Assembly (NCBI GenBank): GCA_046704365.1
Contig: JBJKRZ010000034.1
Location: forward strand, 2,522 to 66,521
Reading direction: 5' to 3'
Source: Acidimicrobiales bacterium
Lineage (GTDB): Bacteria > Actinomycetota > Acidimicrobiia > Acidimicrobiales > UBA8190
Length of the DNA stretch: 64,000 nt
The notes beneath the pieces are model-generated. The model was not told the DNA's origin. It was given only the letters and a program-made list of their open reading frames with translations, and made no database searches. The stretch's first letter is position 1. Every line of letters starts with the position of its first letter. Positions 59,381 through 64,000 of this stretch are shown in pieces. The translations under genes were made by a program, and so were the position numbers.

Positions 59381-60544
59381 GTGAGTGTCGACGTCGTCGT
59401 GATCGGCGCAGGCATCGTGGGTGCCGCCTGCGCCTATTTTGCGGCCGCTGAGGGACTGTCGGTCTGTGTCGTTGACAGTGGGGCGATTGCTGGTGGCACG
59501 ACGAGCGCCGGCGAAGGCAATTTGCTCGTGTCCGACAAGCAGCCCGGCCCCGAGCTCGAGCTCGCCACCATGTCGAACGAACTTTGGCAAGGACTGGCTG
59601 ACATGCCCTTCGAGGAGACTTCAGTGGCTGCTCTGATAGAGATGGAGGCAAAGGGTAGCCTGGTCGTAGCTTCAACCGACGACGCCATGCGCGCTCTGGA
59701 GGAGTTGAGTCAGGAGCAACGCGTGGCGAATGTCGAGTCTATTTCGGTGGATGCCCGCCAACTGAGATCCTACGAACCGAACATTGCGTCGGACCTCGCC
59801 GGTGGCTTCTTCTACCCACAAGACATGCAAATCCAGCCGATGCGCGCCACCGCAATGCTACTGCGAATGGCTCGTCGTCACGGCGCCCAGGTGCACAGCG
59901 GAGAGCGCGTAACAGGCTTGCTGCAACGTGGTGGCCGTATCGTCGGAGTTCAGACAGCGGCGCATAGGCGCTTTTCAGGTGCCGTTGTCAATGCCGCAGG
60001 GGCCTGGGCGGGTGAGGTCGCACAGCTTGCCAGCGTGAACTTGCCGATCTCCCCTCGACGTGGCTTCGTCCTCGTCACTGAACCTCTGCCCCAGGTCGTG
60101 CATCATAAAGTGTACTTTTCCGACTACGTATCTGACGTTGCCAGCGACAGTCCCGTCCTGCAGGCGTCTGCCGTGGTGGAGGGTACGGCCTCCGGGCCGA
60201 TTCTCATCGGCGCTACCCGCGAACGCGTGAGCTTCGATCGGACGTTGTCTCCGTACGCACTACGGAGCCTCGCCGCCGGCGCGACCCGCCTCTTCCCTTT
60301 TTTGGCAGACGTGGCAGCTATCCGTGCCTACCGCGGGTTCCGCCCGTATTGTCCGGATCATCTTCCGGTCATCGGGCCCGATAGCCGAGCCCCGGGGTTG
60401 TGGCACGCGTGCGGCCATGAGGGTGCGGGGATCGGTCTGTCGGCTGCAACCGGTCGGCTGATTGCAGAGAGCCTTCAGGGGTTGCCGGCATCGCTGCCGC
60501 TGAGGCCGTTTCGTCCGGAGCGGTTCGAGGGGCCCCATGAGTGA
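59381..60544 (+). CDS. FAD-dependent oxidoreductase (DAO family; D-hydroxyproline dehydrogenase beta-subunit/LhpB-like)
   Basis: GTG start gives VSVDVVVIGAGIVGAACAYFAA, followed by a DAO-type layout. Confidence 0.8.
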   Translation: MSVDVVVIGAGIVGAACAYFAAAEGLSVCVVDSGAIAGGTTSAGEGNLLVSDKQPGPELELATMSNELWQGLADMPFEETSVAALIEMEAKGSLVVASTDDAMRALEELSQEQRVANVESISVDARQLRSYEPNIASDLAGGFFYPQDMQIQPMRATAMLLRMARRHGAQVHSGERVTGLLQRGGRIVGVQTAAHRRFSGAVVNAAGAWAGEVAQLASVNLPISPRRGFVLVTEPLPQVVHHKVYFSDYVSDVASDSPVLQASAVVEGTASGPILIGATRERVSFDRTLSPYALRSLAAGATRLFPFLADVAAIRAYRGFRPYCPDHLPVIGPDSRAPGLWHACGHEGAGIGLSAATGRLIAESLQGLPASLPLRPFRPERFEGPHE

Positions 60545-60788
60545 CTTCACCATCACCTTCGACGGGCGTACGGTCGATTGTCGCGAGGGCTGGACAGTAG
60601 GCGCGGCCCTGATGGCGTCAGGAATCCGCTCTTGGCGGACGACCCGGCATTTGGGCCGCCCCAGGGGATTGTTCTGTGGGATCGGCCTGTGTTTCGATTG
60701 CCTGGTAACAGTGAACGGTCGAGCATCACAGCGCGCCTGCCTGCTGCTTGCCCGACCGGGAGATGTCGTCAACACGCAGCGTGGATGA
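60537..60788 (+). CDS. small (2Fe-2S)-binding subunit (LhpE/HcnA/OoxA-N-like)
   Basis: 83 aa with the GLFCGIGLCFDCLVTVNG Cys pattern. There is an 8-nt overlap with the upstream gene. Confidence 0.7.
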   Translation: MSDFTITFDGRTVDCREGWTVGAALMASGIRSWRTTRHLGRPRGLFCGIGLCFDCLVTVNGRASQRACLLLARPGDVVNTQRG

Positions 60789-60791
60789 TCT

Positions 60792-62207
60792 TTGATGACT
60801 GCGCCAAAGGACAGCCTGCGGTCGACCTTTGATGTTCTCGTGCTGGGCGCTGGCCCAGCTGGTCTGGCTGCCTCTGCTGCTGCCGGTGAAGCCGGCGCCT
60901 CTGTGGCACTGCTGGACGGTGCTATGCATTGCGGCGGCCAGTACTGGCGCGGCAGTTCCGCCGAACGACGCAAGGGTCTTTCTCGGAGCTGGGCGACATT
61001 CGTCAGGCTTCAAGAGCGCTTGCGGCGGGCTGGAGTCGTCCAGCTACAGGGCCACCAGGTACACGCCGTGTCGCCTTCAGACAGGGAATGGGTGGCGCGT
61101 TGCCTTGTGGGTTGCGGATCGAGCGTGGACATGAGTGTGTCAATGGTCCGCGGTCGGCGCCTGGTGATCGCTACGGGTGCTTACGATCGCCAGGTGCCGT
61201 TTCCCGGTTGGGATTTGCCCGGGGTGATGACGGCAGGAGGTGTTCAGGCCCTGCTCAAGGGCAGCGGGGTCATGGCAGGAACACGCATAGTCGTTGCGGG
61301 TACCGGGCCCTTCCTGCTTCCCGTTGCCACCGGCCTGATCACTGGTGGGGCGCACGTGGAGGCCGTGGTGGAAGCCTCGCCGCCGGCGACGGCCGCTAGA
61401 CATCTGTGGCGGTTGGCGGCTGTTCCGTCCAAGGCTGCCGAGGCGATCCAGTACGGCATGCGGTTGGCCGTGTCTCGGACCAGGTACCTAACAGGCTGGG
61501 CGGTGGCTGACGTCCTGGGTGAGGATCGAGTTGAGGCTGTGGAGATCGTCCGCCACGATCGCCTTGGTCGCCCGGTGGAGGGATCGAGGACTCAGCTCGA
61601 GTGCGACACTCTCGCTGTCGGGTGGGGCTTCACCCCGCAGTTGGAGCTACCTTTGCAGCTCGGCTGCGCGACCACCATAGGTGCAGATGGAAGCCTCGTG
61701 GTTTTGGTAGACGAGGATCAGCGCACGAGCGTCGGGACGGTCTGGGCCGCTGGCGAGTCCACCGGTATCGGTGGGGCCGATTTGGCGCTGGTCGAAGGCG
61801 ACATCGCTGGCCGCGCTGCGGCTGGTGGTGTGGTCCCGCTGCGGCTGAGGCATCGTCGAAAGAAGTTGCAGCGATTCGCTGCTGCAATTCACGCCGTTTA
61901 CGGCCTCCCACAGTTCATGGTCGACGAGCTACGGGATGAAGTGCTTGTGTGCCGCTGCGAGGAGATCGATGCCGGGGCAGTCCGCCGAGCAGTGCGGGAC
62001 TGGGGTGCAACTGATGCTCGGACCGTCAAGATGATGGCTCGCCCGGGCATGGGATGGTGTCAAGGGCGCATGTGCGGATTCAGCATTGCTTTACTCGTGT
62101 CGCGGGAATGTGCAAGGGAGCCGACATTGGCCGACTTGTTGGCTCTTGCCGAAAGACCGTTCTCCTCACCCATCCCGATAGGGCGCATCGCGGAAGTGTG
62201 GAGCTGA
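60792..62207 (+). CDS. FAD/NAD(P)-binding oxidoreductase with BFD-like [2Fe-2S] segment (LhpF/HcnB-like alpha subunit)
   Basis: VLVLGAGPAGLAASAAAGEAG, VAGTGPFLLPVA, and VCRCEEIDAGAVRRAV....GWCQGRMCG. Confidence 0.8.
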   Translation: MMTAPKDSLRSTFDVLVLGAGPAGLAASAAAGEAGASVALLDGAMHCGGQYWRGSSAERRKGLSRSWATFVRLQERLRRAGVVQLQGHQVHAVSPSDREWVARCLVGCGSSVDMSVSMVRGRRLVIATGAYDRQVPFPGWDLPGVMTAGGVQALLKGSGVMAGTRIVVAGTGPFLLPVATGLITGGAHVEAVVEASPPATAARHLWRLAAVPSKAAEAIQYGMRLAVSRTRYLTGWAVADVLGEDRVEAVEIVRHDRLGRPVEGSRTQLECDTLAVGWGFTPQLELPLQLGCATTIGADGSLVVLVDEDQRTSVGTVWAAGESTGIGGADLALVEGDIAGRAAAGGVVPLRLRHRRKKLQRFAAAIHAVYGLPQFMVDELRDEVLVCRCEEIDAGAVRRAVRDWGATDARTVKMMARPGMGWCQGRMCGFSIALLVSRECAREPTLADLLALAERPFSSPIPIGRIAEVWS

Positions 62208-62233
62208 CATAGTCGAGAGGTCGTGGCTCGAAG

Positions 62234-63064
62234 TCACGGAGTGGCGTGCTCGGCCAACCCGTTGGTCATGGCCACCTGGCGAGGTGACGGGCGGATGCGC
62301 CGGTGTGGGATGAAGGCGTAGGCGATTACGGCGACGGTTATGGCCACGGCGGTCGACGACAGCGCACCAGGCAGCGCCCCGGACTCGGCTCCCACCACGG
62401 CTCCCAACAGCGCTGACGACATCGCCAGCTCGCACAACAGGGCGGCCCGGCGTACCGGGCGTTCCAGAGCGTCGAAGCGGCGATGAAAGCGCACCAGCGC
62501 CCCCGGCTCGCTGATGCGCCGGCCGGCCAGCACGGCGAGACCGCGCACGGCGCTGAAGGCGAGTCCCGACCCGAACGCCACGATGCCGTTGCCGCTCAGT
62601 ACGGCCAGTGCCACGGTGAGGTACAAGGTGGCACCCACGATGTAGGTGGCGAAGCCGCTGCCGATCTGCCAGCCGAACCCGGCGCCGTACACCCAGGGGC
62701 GGAAGCGGTCGAGCCACAGTTCGTTCACCTGGCGGCGATGGAAGGGAAGCGTAAAGAGCAGTGGGCTGTCCGAGGCGCTCGCCACCAGCGAAGCCGCCAG
62801 CGCCAGCACTCCGACGACCGTCGCCGACGGGTACGCCGCCGCCACGGCGACGGCGCCCGCCCACACAAGGGCACCCAGGCAGGCCCCACCCACCAGGGCC
62901 CCCGCCATGAACCAGGCGGCCGTGGCACCGAAGGAACCTCGCCGGCCCCGCTCGCCCAGGGGTGTGATGGTGGAGAGCATCGACCGGCCGCAAGGCGACC
63001 AGCTGGCGCGGACGCCGGCGACGAGGGCGCCGGCGAGGGCTAGGACGCTCAGCAGCGTGTGCAC
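62234..63064 (-). CDS. polytopic membrane protein of unknown function (N-terminal SWSPCG motif; DsbD/CcdA-like?)
   Basis: 276 aa with at least 6 hydrophobic segments and very high GC. Alternative frames over the same DNA are Arg/Gly junk. Confidence 0.5.
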   Translation of the reverse strand: MHTLLSVLALAGALVAGVRASWSPCGRSMLSTITPLGERGRRGSFGATAAWFMAGALVGGACLGALVWAGAVAVAAAYPSATVVGVLALAASLVASASDSPLLFTLPFHRRQVNELWLDRFRPWVYGAGFGWQIGSGFATYIVGATLYLTVALAVLSGNGIVAFGSGLAFSAVRGLAVLAGRRISEPGALVRFHRRFDALERPVRRAALLCELAMSSALLGAVVGAESGALPGALSSTAVAITVAVIAYAFIPHRRIRPSPRQVAMTNGLAEHATP

Positions 63065-63095
63065 TGATTCCTCCTCGGGAACGGCGGGCGGGCGG

Positions 63096-64000
63096 TCACG
63101 ACGCCGATCCGTAGTAGGCGGCGTCGAAGGAGAAGACGCCGCCGTCCTGGGCCACCGTCCAGTACCCGGTGCTGGTGGGCACGGCGGCCATCCCCACCAT
63201 GGGCCGCGACAGCGCCTGGCCCCCCATGGAGCCGAAGAACCCGGCGTCGCCGAAGGCGAAGATCCCCCCGTCGGATCCCACCAGCCAGTAGCCCTTGCCG
63301 GTGGGGGTGGCGGCCATGCCGACCACAGGCGCCGACAGCGACAGCGACGAGGCGTCGCCCTCGTGGGCGGCGTCGCCGTAGGCGAAGAGGGCGCCGAAGC
63401 TCGTCACGATCCAGTACCCCTGGCCGTCGGGGGTGGCGGCCATCCCCACCACGGCACAGCGGGTGGCGGGGGAGTTGCAGGGGTAGGGGACGCCCGTGTT
63501 GCACGGGACGTTCATGTCAGCGGTGCCGTCGTCCTCGGCGTTGGCCGTCGTGCACGAGGCGTCGAACTCCCAGGGCGGCACGCACGACACGGTCCGGCAC
63601 AAGATGCGTCCCATGCAGGTCACGTCCTGGTTGCACTGGCCGTAACGGAACTGGAAGCAGCCCACCGCCCAGTTGGCGCAGTTGCCCTGGCCGCAGCCGC
63701 AGGACAGCCCGTCGCAGCCCGTGTCGCAGAAGGGGTAGCCGCCGCCGCAGCCGTTGTCGCACTGGCACACGGCGTTGCAGTCCATGTAGTAGCGCGGGCC
63801 GTCGCAGTACACCGACCCGTCCGCCCGCCACCAGCCGCCGATGATGGTCCCCGGCGGGCAGTAGTTCTCGCCGCCGTTGATGGTGCAGCAGAACTCGCTG
63901 AAGCCCTGGCAGCAGGCGGAACCGCACCCGCAGGCGGGATCACCGCAGGCGCAAATGGTGCCGTAGGCAGTGCCCGGCCGCAGGGCGAAGTCCACGCCGC
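63096..64000 (-). CDS. Cys-rich domain fused to three ~40-aa GYW..DGG.FAFGDA repeats (5' end probably outside window)
   Basis: The frame stays open to the window edge. The N-terminal ~170 aa contain >30 Cys (CCTINGGENYCPPGT..., CQCDNGCGGG...). The C-terminal units VVGMAATPTGKGYWLVGSDGGIFAFGDAGFFGSMGG match the left-flank protein. Confidence 0.65.
   Translation of the reverse strand, partial: GVDFALRPGTAYGTICACGDPACGCGSACCQGFSEFCCTINGGENYCPPGTIIGGWWRADGSVYCDGPRYYMDCNAVCQCDNGCGGGYPFCDTGCDGLSCGCGQGNCANWAVGCFQFRYGQCNQDVTCMGRILCRTVSCVPPWEFDASCTTANAEDDGTADMNVPCNTGVPYPCNSPATRCAVVGMAATPDGQGYWIVTSFGALFAYGDAAHEGDASSLSLSAPVVGMAATPTGKGYWLVGSDGGIFAFGDAGFFGSMGGQALSRPMVGMAAVPTSTGYWTVAQDGGVFSFDAAYYGSAS
63099..63470 (-). 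repeat. in-frame ~120-nt coding repeats, same family as 790-1480
   Basis: Three units at the protein level. Segment 63228-63300 is 68/73 identical to the reverse complement of 1196-1268. Confidence 0.65.

Noticed and set aside
62166-63043. Alternative ORFs over the membrane-protein gene (62166..62993 minus, 62483..63043 plus)
   Set aside because: Their products are Arg/Gly/His-rich low-complexity sequences. The 62234..63064 frame gives coherent transmembrane helices.
63517-63943. Alternative minus-strand ORFs inside the Cys-rich gene
   Set aside because: They are Arg/Ala/Leu-rich junk frames. The 63096..63995 frame continues into the conserved repeat units.

Overview
High-GC, Actinomycetota-like chromosomal DNA with about 60 protein-coding genes. 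I found no rRNA, tRNA, CRISPR array, transposase or integrase. The two edges (1-1985 and 62234-64000) are extremely GC-rich. They encode paralogous proteins built from a ~40-aa GYWLV..DGG.FAFGDA.F.GS repeat: the left copy is fused to a CHAP amidase, the right copy to a Cys-rich domain. Between them lies a ~60 kb, visibly less GC-rich block in two parts. (i) A ~52 kb catabolic supercluster (3.1-55.1 kb) dominated by CoA-thioester enzymes: 4 family-III CoA-transferase/racemase paralogues, 4 crotonases including a MenB/BadI-like one, a MaoC pair, thiolase, 3-hydroxyacyl-CoA DH and one ACAD. It also holds 6 SDRs, 4 luciferase-like oxidoreductases, 2 ThDP enzymes, 2 atypical amidohydrolase_2 paralogues, NitT/TauT-type ABC, MFS and TauE/SafE transporters, and three FadR-type GntR regulators. 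(ii) A canonical trans-4-hydroxy-L-proline catabolic cluster (55.1-62.2 kb). The best candidate for something undescribed is a Tat-less molybdopterin oxidoreductase whose FeS and NrfD subunits are fused (48.7-53.3 kb), co-oriented with CoA-transferases, a TauE/SafE exporter and a sulfonate-type ABC importer. Other points of interest: CoA-transferase paralogues lacking the catalytic Asp; amidohydrolase paralogues lacking the HxH/Asp metal ligands; a frameshifted 2-hydroxyacid dehydrogenase inside a translationally coupled operon; a GTATACAT operator-like box seen only in promoter regions; and a 73-nt 93%-identical inverted repeat linking the two flanks. All function calls come from motif recognition by eye, since no database search or computation could be run. 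Start codons are frequently inferred (GTG/TTG) and uncertain.
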